Notes under the pieces: generated by a model
Told to the model about the DNA's origin: nothing
Database searches by the model: none
What the model saw: only the letters and a program-made list of their open reading frames with translations
Shown: positions 34,401 through 45,830 of the stretch, piece by piece
Position numbering within the stretch: the first letter of the stretch is position 1
Layout of the letters: each line of letters begins with the position of its first letter
Source: Rhizaria sp. SCN 62-66
Lineage: Eukaryota
Assembly (NCBI GenBank): GCA_001724265.1
Contig: MEDY01000229.1
Coordinates: 1-47,264, forward strand
Reading direction: 5' to 3'
Length of the DNA stretch: 47,264 nt
Translations under genes and position numbers: made by a program

Positions 34401-35289
34401 GGGCCGGCAGTGCTGCGGGCAGTGTGCGTACCCCTTCACAGCGCCAGCAACAGCAGCAGCAGCAGCAGCAGCAGTGCCAGCGCTTTGTGGGTTCGCCAGC
34501 TCGGTGACAACAACGGGGTTGCCGTCGGCGTCAACGGGCCTGCAGCGGCAGCCTGAGTGCTCGACGGTGACGGTGCCGGCGCGAAGCAGGTACAAGTGGC
34601 GGCCGCGCTCGCCCTGCGTGATGATCGGCACGCCCGGGGGGAAGCGCTGCGTCGTGGTGTGCCGCGCCAGCGCAGCGATGTCCGACGGGGACAGCCGCGC
34701 AAGACGGATCAGGGGCACGGCGGACAGCGCGGCCGCGGTCGCTGCGGTCGTCGCGGCGTCGGACGCAGACGTAGACGCAGACGCAGACGTGGCACTAGCC
34801 GGCGCAGGAGCAGTGGTGGCGGCGGCGGCGGCGGAGACAGCGGGGTTGTTCGGGGGCGGGGGCCCGTGGAACGGGCTCAGCGGGCGCTGCTGCGCTGTTA
34901 GTCCGCCAGTGCCGGCGTTATTACCGCCAGTCGGGAGCGGAGGCGTGGCGCGAATGAGACTCGAAACCATGTTGAGCTGCGCGGAGGCGGCTTGCTGGGC
35001 GAGAGCACGCTCCCGCTGTAAAACGCAAAAAATATAACACAAATCAGGCGCATAATGAGATATGCGGATGGGATAAAGATATAATAGCTCAAACTCACCA
35101 TATATTTCGTTGTTTAGTGCGGCGTTAAAGGCGTACCTCGATGCGGGCGCGGCGGGCGGCGATCTTCTGCTTGAACTTGCGCTGGATGCTGACGACGGCG
35201 TGCAGATACAGCGGCGAAATGCCAGAGCCGAGGCTGCCGCGGCGGCGCAGCGACGCTGCGCCAGGCGGCTCCAACGGTGGGGATGACAT
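31476..35289 (-). CDS. IQ-motif and cyclic-nucleotide-binding domain protein, ~1,230 aa; exons 35289-35137 and 35015-31476
   Basis: Exon 1 MSSPPLEPPGAASLRRRGSL...AVVSIQRKFKQKIAARRARIE (IQ-like motif), with an in-frame TAA just upstream of the ATG. Intron GTACGC...TTACAG, phase 0. Canonical cNMP domain: FPPGVPIITQGERGRHLYLLRAGTVTV...LSAGAYFGEAALLRPVPRTATVRA...ECYAIARRVFLLLF. A degenerate second copy lies near the C-terminus (AFVVIVAGQL...LGRGAFLGANTLL...VLWWISVDEV). Ends TAG immediately followed by TAA. Confidence 0.85.
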
Positions 35290-36287
35290 CGCGGACAGAG
35301 GTTAGGAGTGGCTGCAAAGCTGTGATGGGGCTAGAAAGTGGGAAGAGTCACTGGGAGCGTGCGTGGGGGAGGCCGTTGTAGGGGGCACCGGGGGGGACCT
35401 CCGCGTTGAGCACAGCAACGACGCTAGAATCGCAATTAGATAGGCCCAAATGAGACTTCAAACCAATTGTTAAGTGGCTAAAGGTGGATGCAAGCGGCAG
35501 AATGCAGTGAAAAAGGACACCAGGTGCAGGAATAAAAGCAAAGGAAACGAAACAGTTGGGTGGTGGTGAGGATGAATATGATGTTACAAAGCAGGTGAGA
35601 GCGCAACTAGAGCTATAAACAAAACGGATTTGCGTATGAAATGACTTGAATTATCTTGTCAAACGCCTACACCAGCGCATACGGAGAAATGATCCAGATA
35701 TCGCCTTCACAAAAGTTCTACATTGCCCCAACGACTCTTCGTCCACTGGAGCAAGAAACCAAAAAGATCGAGCTAGACCGACGAGACTCGCGCTGCAAAA
35801 TAGCTTGCGGTGAGGCACGACGCAACACGGTGCATGCGCACTTGTGGGCCGTTATGTAGCAAATTCATGCTGATTTTCTGTTATTATGCTGAGTTTTGTA
35901 TTCTTGCATTAATATCCCACTTCCTCACCTCCCGTTATTTGCCCTCCAAATCCCCCCCGCGCACACCGGCTTGTCTCTCTTGTCCTGATAGGAACGATTC
36001 TCGCGCTCCGCTCCGCCCTGCGATCTCTAACTCTCAGAGCTGTTTCGCTGCGTGCCTCAGCTTCCGTTCTTCCTTTCCCCCGCTCCGCTCGCTCTAGCCT
36101 CAACAGCATCACCGTTGTCGCTAGCTCACGAGTCGTCGGTTCCCCTCGCCTCTTCTTCTCCAACACTTCAGTCGCCGCCGCCGCCGCCGCTCCCGCTGCC
36201 GCCGCTGCCGTCGACCCTTCCACCGTCGTCGTCACCGCCGCCACCCCCGACCCCGCCGCCGCCGCGCCCCGCCACCGCCACCGCCGC

Positions 36288-39010
36288 ATGTCCGTGAACC
36301 CGCTGAAGCGCTCTGCCGAAGACTGGCGCAAGGTCAAGGATGAGAAGCGTGCGCGCCGCGCCGACCTGCTCGCCGCCGCCGGGCTCGAGCTCTGCCCCGA
36401 CGGCCGCCTCAAGCCCGTCGGCACGGAGGACGGCACCTCGCCCGCCGCCGTGCTTGCTGCGCTGAGCCCCGACATGCTGAACCAACTCCGTCTCTTCCGC
36501 CCCGCTGAACACAACGCCAATAGCGCCGAGGATGGCGACGACAAGGACGTGCAGCTCGGCGAGGGCGGTGGCGACGGCGCCGCGGTGGAGATCCCCGCCG
36601 ACGCCGGGCTGGAGGCCGTGACGCCGCTGTTCCGCATGCCCTACTCGCGCCAGCTGCAGCGCAAGCGCAACGACGTCGTCAAGGTCCTCCGCAAGGCCCA
36701 GCGCGAGACGCGTTTCCTCTACAACCGCCAGGTACGCCAATAACAACTAGATCTAAACGTATATTAATTTCATTATTGTCTTCATATTTTAAGAAAACGA
36801 CTCAAAACTCACGAATATCATTATTTTTTGTTATTTTTTGTTGTTTTCTCTTTCACTGCTGCTAGGTCAAGGAGCTCGCGCTGGCCAAGTCGACCGCTGC
36901 GCCGCAGCCCTTCGCGCTCACCTACGCGGGGCCCAGCCCCAAGGACCTGATCTGCCCGCTGGGCCTGGTGACGCCGTCCCCCGTGCTCGAGGGCTACCGC
37001 AACAAGAACGAGTTCACCTTCGGCCGCGACGCCGCGGGGCTCAAGACGGCCGGCTTCCAGCTCGCGCGTTACGCCACAGCCGGCGAGGCCCGCGTCGGCT
37101 CCCCCGCCGGCTGCCTCTCGGCGCCGCCCGTCGCGCTTGCCATCGCGGAGCTCGTCACGGCCTTCGCGCGCGAGCGTGACGATCTCTCGGTCTGGGACAA
37201 GCGCTCTCACAGCGGTCTGCTGCGGCTGCTCACTGTCCGCAACTCGCCCACGCTGGGGCAGCTCATGGTTGTGGTCCAGGTCTCCCCGCAGGCGCTGGGC
37301 GGCGCCGACAGCGAGGCCTTTGCGGGCTTCAAGCGCGACCTGCTCAAGCTCCTCGTCGACAACTGCTACGCAGGCTCGCTCTCGCAGGCGCTCATCGACA
37401 AGCACAACGCGGACGTGGCCGCCGCTGCGGCCGCCGCGAGCCCCGAGACGGCGGCGCTGGTGCCCGCGCCCATCACCGCGCCGCCCGCGGCCGTGACGGC
37501 GCTGCCGCCCCATGCGCCCGCGGACGGCGAGATCACCGACAAGGCGCGCGCGTTCGCCGCGCTGTACGGCCACTCGCTTGCGTCCGTGGCCGTCGAGCAC
37601 TACAACGGTGTGTCCAACGTGTCGTCGGCCGAGTCCGCGACCGTGGAGCCGCTTTTCGGCGGCGCTCACATCTACGACCTGCTCGCAGGCATGCTCTTCC
37701 GCGTCGACTACCGCTCCTTCTTCCAGGTACGACTTTAACTAATCGCAGTATACCTCGAGTATATCAAGTTATCTGGAAATTGAAACAATTATTCATTGAT
37801 ATAATCGTAATATTTATCCATTCATAAAATATATCCTCGAAAATCACTCACCTCATCCCTCTATATTTTATATTCCTCGTAATCTGCGACTGTGCTTCCC
37901 CCCTCTCAGGTCAACCCGCGCGGCGCCGAGGGCCTATACGCCAAGGCTGTGCAGTGGGCGCTGGCCCCGCGCCACGACTGGAGCCTTGACACGCCGGGCG
38001 TCATGGCGCGCTACGTGGCGCCCAGCGCCGAGGAGGCCAAGGACTGGCTGGACCGCGTCGAGCGTGTCATGCGCGACAAGAAGGAGCGCGCCGACGCCGC
38101 CGCCGCCGACGCCGCCGCCGCTGTCACCGCCGCCGCTGCCGCTGAGAACGCCGATGCTGCCACCTCTGAGCCTGCTGCGGCTGCGGGCAACGGCAGCGGC
38201 GACAACGACGACGGCGAGGCGCTGGGCGCGAGCGACACGTCGCCGACCTCGCTGCCGGCGCTGATGCAGAGCGCGCTGGCGGGGCTCCCGCGGCTGCCGC
38301 TGGCGCCCGACGCGCAGTCGGCCGCGCGCACGCTCGTGCTCGACGTCTGCTGCGGCACCGGCACCATTGGGCTGACGATGTCGCGCCACGTCAAGCGCGT
38401 CGTGGGGCTCGAGCTGGTCCCCGCCGCGGTCGAGGACGCCAAGGCCAACGCCGCGCTGAACGGCGTCACCAACACTGAGTTCGTGTGCGGGCGCGCGGAG
38501 CAGACGATCAAGGCCGTGCTGGCCAAGTGCGCGGGGGAGATGGACATGGCCGTCGCTGTCGTCGACCCGCCGCGCAGCGGACTCCACAACGACGTCGTCA
38601 CCGCGCTGCGCGGCTCCAAGCTCAACCGCATCGTCTACGTGTCGTGTAACCCCGCCACGCTGGCCGAGAACGTCGAGAGGTACGCACAACGAATCAAACG
38701 AGCTGTTAATCTGAAATATGTGCTTTTAAGACTTAAAAATTTCGGTACATAGCTACATTGATGTGTTTTTGATTAGATGCTCACTTATTTCCTCTTATTT
38801 GTGTTATCTTGCATTTATCGTAGGCTTTCCGGCCCCTCGTCGAAGAAGTACCCCGGCACGCCCTTCATCCCCGTGGCGGCGCAGGCCGTGGACATGTTTC
38901 CCCACACGGCCCACTGCGAGCTCATCATGATGCTCGAGCGCAAGCCCGAGGCCGAGGCCGCCGAGGCTGCTGCGCCTGCTGCTGCTGCTGCGGAGAAGAA
39001 GGATGAGTAA
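36288..39010 (+). CDS. TRM2: tRNA (uracil-5-)-methyltransferase, Trm2/TRMT2 (TrmA) family, >=753 aa; exons 36288-36731, 36866-37726, 37910-38679, 38824-39010
   Basis: Motifs: VTPLFRMPYSRQLQRK; SPVLEGYRNKNEFTFG; GLLRLLTVR; SFFQ|VN across an intron; LVLDVCCGTGTIG (SAM motif I); GLELVPAAVEDAKANA; VVDPPRSGL; IVYVSCNP (catalytic Cys); AVDMFPHTAHCE. Three GTACG...AG introns in phase, TAA stop. The frame stays open upstream to 35913 (see findings). Confidence 0.92.
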
Positions 39011-39869
39011 AAGAAAAGCTGTATTTTATGTATTAGTGTGTTATACTAACAGTATTTTGATAAATAAACATGACAATAAGTTATAATACTTTCCCCGGTC
39101 TGTTATGAAATTAGGCTCATTAAAATTTACCCTATTTTCATTTAGAAACTCTTGCTTTTCATTTTCCTTCGAAGCAAGAAAGAAAATCGACGTGAGTGGC
39201 CTGTCATCGATCGAGTCGCAGAGAGGCCTCCGACTTCACAGTTGCCGTTCCGCGCAACGACACAGCCGAGATGCGTCGCTCGTGAGAGCTGTATGTAGAT
39301 GTATCTGCAGCGCGCTATATCATCGTCATTTCACTTTTGTCTTGATCCTTGGAACTAATCAATGGTGAATCTTCTTTTTCAAATCTTGACTTCACGAATT
39401 CTCGATCATACCAACGATGTATCCCCTGAAAACGTACACCGGTCGGATTGGCTTCGCACCGGCACACTCCCTGGCTTCACGCGCGCCTTGTCCCTGCCTC
39501 ACATCTTCCTCACTGCTTCGTATTTCTGTTTGCTTTATTACAGCACGCGTTTCGCCCTTCCCTCCACCGAGGACAAGGCCCGTTACCGCGTTTTCTGACT
39601 TCGCAAACCCCTCTTACACGTTCCGCTCAGCAGCAGTCGTGCTTGGCCCCCTCCTCTCGCTGCCAGCGTCCGCCGCCGTTGTCGTCGTCGCCGCCGCTGT
39701 CGCTGCCACCCGTCGCTGTTGCGCCTGCTGCCGCCGTGTCCGCGCCTGCGTTTGCCACTGCCGCTGTTGCGACCGCAGCAGAGGTCAAAGCGAAGCGAAG
39801 CGCTTGACTTGAAGCTCGTTATCAAATCAAACTAAGCTCTCTGCTTTGCCTTTGCTTTTGCGCCCCACG

Positions 39870-42800
39870 ATGCCCCTGCTGCTTCCGTCCGCCCGCGGGC
39901 GCGTTTCCGCGCTGCTGGCCTCCCTGGCCGCGGCCGTCGCGCTGCTGCTCGCCGCGGCCGCGCCAGCCGTGTCCCCCGTCGCGGCCGCGCCGCTGGCCTG
40001 GTCGGTCTCGGCCTCTTACGACACCGCGACCGACACCCCGGCGTCGGAGGACGAGCGGTCGTTCTTCTACCGCACCAACTGGGCCTCGGACCCCGAGACG
40101 CGCGTGCCGCTCACCACGGCCAAGGCCACCAAGCTCACCCTCAAGCTCACCTCCTCCCCGCCCAAGTCGAAGCTCAACGCTCCCACCACTAGTATTAGCC
40201 ATGGCGATGGCAGCTCCAGCTCTGCGGACGACGACGGCGAAGACCTCAGCCCGTCGTGTTTCGCGTCCCTGTGCCTGACGCACTTCGCGCCGCTGTCGCG
40301 CGAGTTGGAGCGCACCACCTCGGTCGAGTTCAGCTGGGGTCTGCACTGCCTTTGGGAGGCGCGGCTCAACACCAACTTCTCCCAGACCACCTCGGCGGCA
40401 GTCGAGACGGTGCGGCACATGCACGCGGGCCCGCTCTACGCCTCGGTTGGCATCCGCTACGTTCAGGCCACCGCCGTCGCCGCAGCCCTCAACGACCTGC
40501 TCGACCGCGGCCGCGGCAACGGCAGCGGCGACGACGACGCTGACTCGACTGGGCCCGTGACGGTCGCATGGGGCTCATGCAAGCTCGAGGCGAAGCTTGA
40601 GGCCGAGTCGTGCGACGGCGACGCCCTCATTACGGGCGGCGTTGGCGGCGTCGATTGCGGCCTCATCCCGATCCCGGTCGAGAGCTGGCCCTCCAAGGCC
40701 GCGCCGCTGACTCTGAAGCCCACCGAGGAGGCGCTGTTCGAGTACTTGCCCATCGCAGACTACCGCGCCAGTCAGCAGCTCCATAGTGAGCAGGCGGGGG
40801 CTGCGAGCGATGCCGACATCGACCCGTCTGCGTTTACTGACATTGTCATTGCGCAGGCGTACCTCAACTTCACCTTCCACGTCCCCGAGACGCACAAGAA
40901 CTTCATCAAGACTGCTAAGGCTGCTCAGACTGCCCGGAAGACCGGCGACGGCACTGCCGACAGCTTTGGCGACGAGGGCGAGGAGGAGGACGACGACGAC
41001 GACGTGGACACTGTGCCGACGCTGAGAGGGTACATCGCCGACAGCGTTGTGCCGTCGCTGTTGGTCGGCACTATGTCGGGCGGTTACGACGCCTACAAGA
41101 CGCTCTCGCAGGAGACCGCGGGACTGGACACGTACCTCAGCGTCGAGGCCATCAGCCCGCGCTTCTCAATCCTCACCACCGCGCCTGCCGCCCTGACGCA
41201 GTCTAAGGGCCTTACACATTCTAGTGTAAGTGCCGCCGCCGCCAAACCGTTAGCGCGGCTGAGGTACCGCGGCCGCTCCGTCGCCACAGGATCCATCGAC
41301 ACCAACGTCCCCAGCAAACTCTCTCGCGCGAGCGATTCTGCAGTGCAGAGCGAGGGCGATGAGCCCGGCGTGACCGACATCCCGCGGTCCCGCGCGTTCC
41401 CCCTCTACGTGCTGCTCAAGAACACGGGTCCCGTGCCCCTAGTCGTCACCGGCGTGACCGCCGAGGCGCCGCTGTGCCCCTGGGCGCGGTCCGGCGGCGA
41501 GTGCGAGCTCGCCTACAGCGTGCTGGACCCGCGCAAGGTCACGTCCTTCACATACGCGTCGTCTATCCCCGTCATTAGAGCCGGCGTCATCAAGCCCACC
41601 GAGCTCACCGGCGGCAGTCTGAGTACCCCCTTAGCCACCACCAGCGCGATTACCCCCACGAGTGCCCCCATGAGTTCCGCGCGCGCGTCCCTCGCCGCGC
41701 GCGGTCTGGCCCCCGCGCACCGCCTCTACACAAACCCGCTCCACCCAGCCTACGCGCGCTCCGCGGCCCCCATGCGGCCCCTGAGCTAGGCAGAGCTGCT
41801 CACGGTCACCCGTGACCAGGTAACTGCGCTCAGCCGTGCCAGCGCCAGCGGTCGGGTGACGGTGCCGCGTGCGTCGCTGCTCGGCGCCTCTGTGCTCTCC
41901 TCCTCAAACGCCCTTTATAACCACGTCAACAGCGTTGAGGCTGTTCAGACCTCGGACGCCCTCTACGGCAACTTCCACCGCGACGTCAATGGCAACACCG
42001 TCTCTGTCGGCGCCGCGCGCTCGCTGGGCACGTTTGCGCCCGAGCTTTACCTGCGCGCCGGCAATGTGCCGCTAGTGCCCGGCACTCTGGGCGCGCAGGG
42101 CACGTGGGACGCGCGGCTCGTGGGCAGCTCCGCGCTCACCAGGTACCTCGAGACGCCCGACATCCCCCTCACCGAGAAGGCGCAGTCCGTGGCCCATAGT
42201 GACGAGGCGGGGACCAGCGACGACGCCGTGAGCGTGATGTGGTACTACGCGACGCGCGTGTCGGGCACCGGCGAGGCCTTCGTGTGGTCCTACGACAAGT
42301 GTCCGAACGCGTGCTCGGGCCGCGGCTCGTGCGGCACGGGTAGTGACCCGCACGGCTGCATCTGCCAGCCGGGGTACAACGACGAGATCGACTGCTCGGT
42401 CGGACCGCCCGAGAACGACCCCGACGGGTTCAACCCCTTCCAGGTACGAGAAACAAACTGTCTTAAATATCGTGTAGATATCTTGAAAGTATAAGTGAAA
42501 TTATTATATAATCTGTGTCTTTATGCTATTTATTTTATAATCAATATTTGTACTGATTCCTAACATTCTCGCCATCAATTGTTCTGTTTTGCGTTTTCTT
42601 CGCAGCCGTGGTTCCTCGCCTTGATCGGGAGCTGCATCGTGATCATGCTGATCTTCATGAAGTGCCTCTACTCCGCCTGCCGGCGCCGCGGCAAGGCACG
42701 CCGCCATACGCGCCGCAGCGTGCTGGGTGACAGCGCTGACGATGGACTCGCCGGCACCGGCGGCGGCGGCAACCTGAGCGACCTCTCGGCGCTATCTGAC

Positions 42801-44225
42801 TACAACTACACGCGCGCGCACCACCCCGGCAGCACGGCCCCCGGCACGCGCGGCGGCGGCGGCCGCGGCGGCGACGGTGGCACCGCGATGCTCTCGCCCC
42901 AGTCGCGCGGCGGCGGCCCGGGCGGATACCTCCACGATAGCGACGGCGGCCACAGCGGCCAGGGCGGCTACGGCGTTGGCCACGGCTACGGCCCCACGGC
43001 GACCGGTGCGAGCGGCGCCGCGGGCATTGGCGGCGGTGTTGGCGGCGGCGCGGCTGCAAACGCGGCGAGCGCGCACCAGGCGGCCGCACTGACGGGCCTG
43101 CACATGGGACTTGCGCTGCACAACGACCCGCACTACGCGCATGCGCACGCCGCCGCGGTTGCATCGGTCGTCTCCGCCGCTGCGGCCGCGCCCAGCAACG
43201 GCGGCGGTCAGCAGCAGCAGCAGCAGCAACATCAGCAGCAGCAGCAGGGGCAGCAGGGTGGAGTCGCGTACTACACAAACATCGGCGCACACGCGGCCAA
43301 CAACGCTCACGGCGGCAAGAACGGCGGGGCCGCGGCTGCGGGCGCCGGCGCCGGCGCTGGCGGCTACTACGGCCCCGGGGGGGTTGGCGCGGGCGCGGGC
43401 GCGCTCTACGGGCTCGACGACCAGGTACGGGCACTTTCTTGTGCGAAATGCTATATCTCGATTATTTGGGGCTAAACAAGATTTCATAACTATAAAATCA
43501 AAGTACACTGAAATTAAAAGAGTATTTTATGTGATTATACTCTTGAATTTGTTTTAGTGTTCGTGTATATTGTGCGTCAGATCTCTAATAATATTGTTTC
43601 CTCTGTTGCTCTTTTCTCTTTCTGATTTGCTTCTTGTTCCTCAGGGCCTGGGCATGGGCGACCCGTCGCTGCACTCCTTCGGCGGCTACGGCAACGACTA
43701 CGCCATGGGGGCGGACTACGCAACCGCGGTGGAGCTGGGCGCCAGCATCGGCGGCACCGGCTCCGGCGGCGGCAAGAAGGAGAAGGGCAAGGGCAAGGGG
43801 AAGACTGGCAAGGCCGGCTACTTCGCCCAGGTCCACAGTCAGGTGCGTGCGCTATAGCAACATCATCGTGACCATCAATATGTGTCTATCAACAAACAAA
43901 TCTTGAGTTTATTGCTTGCATGTGTTGTCTTTTTGTGTTAAACTTAGTTTCCCTGCTCATATCTCATTACTCTCTGTTTTGTTTTGTTGTTATTGTTGTT
44001 GTTTTCCTCGCGCAGGGCAACCAAGCCGCGCGCGCGTCTCTGGGCAACGCCTCCGACGCGATCCTTATCGCCCCCCAGCAGCAGCAGGGGCTGCAGCCGC
44101 CGCAGCAGGGGCAGGGGCAGGGGCAGGGGCAGGGGCAGGGGCGTGCGGCGGCCGCGGCAGCGGGCATGACGATCGGCAGCTACCAGGAGACCGACTACGA
44201 CCCCCGCGTTGCTGGAACACTGTGA
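39870..44225 (+). CDS. Type-I membrane protein: signal peptide, large ectodomain, EGF-like module, TM helix, Gly/Gln/Tyr-rich tail; ~1,266 codons with an in-frame TAG at codon 640; exons 39870-42443, 42606-43424, 43645-43842, 44016-44225
   Basis: Signal peptide MPLLLPSARGRVSALLASLAAAVALLLAAAAPAVSPVAA. Ig-like LKNTGPVPLVV motif. EGF-like CPNACSGRGSC...CICQPGYNDEIDCS. TM PWFLALIGSCIVIMLIFM followed by basic RRRGK. ORFs 39846-41789 and 41856-42494 share a frame and are separated only by TAG at 41787-41789. Introns are GTACGA/GTACGG/GTGCGT...CAG, all phase 0. TGA stop. Confidence 0.75.
44106..44141 (+). repeat. Coding hexanucleotide repeat (CAGGGG)6 giving QG repeats
   Basis: cagggg repeated six times in the last exon; also a G-run array. 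Confidence 0.85.
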
Positions 44226-45291
44226 GCTCCCCATCAACTCGAAATCTAAACCAAGCGGTCGAAAGACTCTGACTCCTTGTCTCCTATTTGTTGCTGCGGA
44301 CAATGCTCTCGACTGATGCTCGTTTCTTGATTGTATATCTTTTTGTGTCCCGACTTACTGTGGACTTCTAAATGTAGCGACTGTACGTTGTTAACATTGT
44401 GCATAAGCTTGTTTTCCACTATTCCGCAGCATTGTCAAACAACGAACAACAAAACAAACACTGAAGTGCGAAGCCGTTTTTATAATTTATGCCATATCAA
44501 TCACTACTACTCGTGTACAGACAGTCCGTTGTTGCTCTATGCTTGCATGCTCTTATATGTAGTGTTGAACTGCATGTTATTTGCTGCATGGCTCGAAGCA
44601 TTTGCAATAATGCGAAGCTACTCCCTCCCCTATACTCCAAAACTTTTTTCGTTTTGTTTTCGCTACTTGAAGGACGGAATGACTATATATATCTCTGCGT
44701 GTATCTTTATTTTATCGGTGTGCTATCGTAACACTATATATCAATTAGCGTTAATTTTTTGTTGTTATAGTTTGGCTAATCGGATTTGTGCAAGGTGTGT
44801 ATGACTCCAACTTGTACAAGTACAGGTGTAACACAAAATCAAAACAATGTGTTACTCTTTCTAGACACAACAAGGAACAAAACGGGCATTATAGTGAGCT
44901 AATTTAGATTAATTACATTAAATTAGAAGTTTCAATTCGAAGACTAGAGTGTCTTATACACAACTAACTCATGCTAACTCCTTGATGGAACTAACAACAA
45001 GTTACTGTACTAGTACTAGTATAGTGTCATTTGACAATCAACGAGATGCATCTCCTGAATCATGTCAACGATACTCTCTCACATAATGCTGTTGTGCTTG
45101 GTCTTCTTAAATCCGTTTGTATCTTTAAAAATCTCATTGTGATTGTAATGAGTGTACTATTCAGAATGCTCACGATACAAAGACATATTACACTTAACAG
45201 CTGCTCAGACACTGAACACCTCATTGTGTATTGCAAGAAATAAGTAGAAAAGATTTTGATCATTGCATCATCAAATCAAATGATGGTATTT

Positions 45292-45363
45292 GTGCATGTA
45301 GCTCAGCGGTAGAGTACTTCGTTCGCAACGAAGGGGCCTCGGGTTCAAACCCCGACCTGTACA
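45292..45363 (+). tRNA. tRNA-Ala(CGC)
   Basis: Cloverleaf GTGCATG TA GCTC-AGCGGTA-GAGT A CTTCG-TTCGCAA-CGAAG GGGCC TCGGG-TTCAAAC-CCCGA CCTGTAC A. Has G3:U70 and A73, one acceptor mismatch (U6/C67), and is followed by a TTTCTTTTT Pol III terminator. Confidence 0.93.
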
Positions 45364-45757
45364 TTTCTTTTTGCCGCCCTTCGCAGCACCTTCGCACGCA
45401 TGAGCTGTTTCACGAGCGCGCCGGTGCTTTTTTTTCTTTCTCCATCCCTTCACATCTCGAGCACAATGTTGTTACTACTAATAGTATTAATAGTTACATT
45501 TTTTTGGCACAACATCAGCTGAGTGGAAAATCTACGCTCGCAAGATCACGCTGCAGTGACACACGTAACCGATCATGAATGACCTTCGACATCTTTGCGA
45601 GCTACTATTACGAACGGCACCACAAACAAAAACAAAACAAGCGCGGGTTTAACTCTGCTGTTGGAAAAACCAGCTGTGTGTCAACAGAGACAAAAACGGA
45701 CGTGCAAAAAATTATGCCGCGGGCAGCAGGCGAGCAGCGACGAAAAAAAAAGATATG

Positions 45758-45830
45758 TGTAGCTTGGGGGCATTGATCCCCCTGCCCCGCGCATGCTAAG
45801 CGCATACTCTACCATCTGAGCTAAAGCCAC
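45758..45830 (-). tRNA. tRNA-Ala(AGC), copy 1
   Basis: GTGGCTT TA GCTC-AGATGGTA-GAGT A TGCGC-TTAGCAT-GCGCG GGGCA GGGGG-ATCAATG-CCCCC AAGCTAC A. Has G3:U70, A73 and the A54 T-loop typical of eukaryotic tRNA-Ala; T9 terminator downstream. Confidence 0.95.

Noticed and set aside
39417-39812. GC-rich low-complexity ORFs upstream of the EGF-like gene
   Set aside because: No consensus GTACG donor, no motif and no clear frame preference. More likely 5' UTR, though a uORF cannot be excluded.
41787-41789. Pyrrolysine or selenocysteine decoding of the internal stop
   Set aside because: Sec uses UGA, not UAG. Pyl machinery is not known from eukaryotic nuclei and none is visible here.
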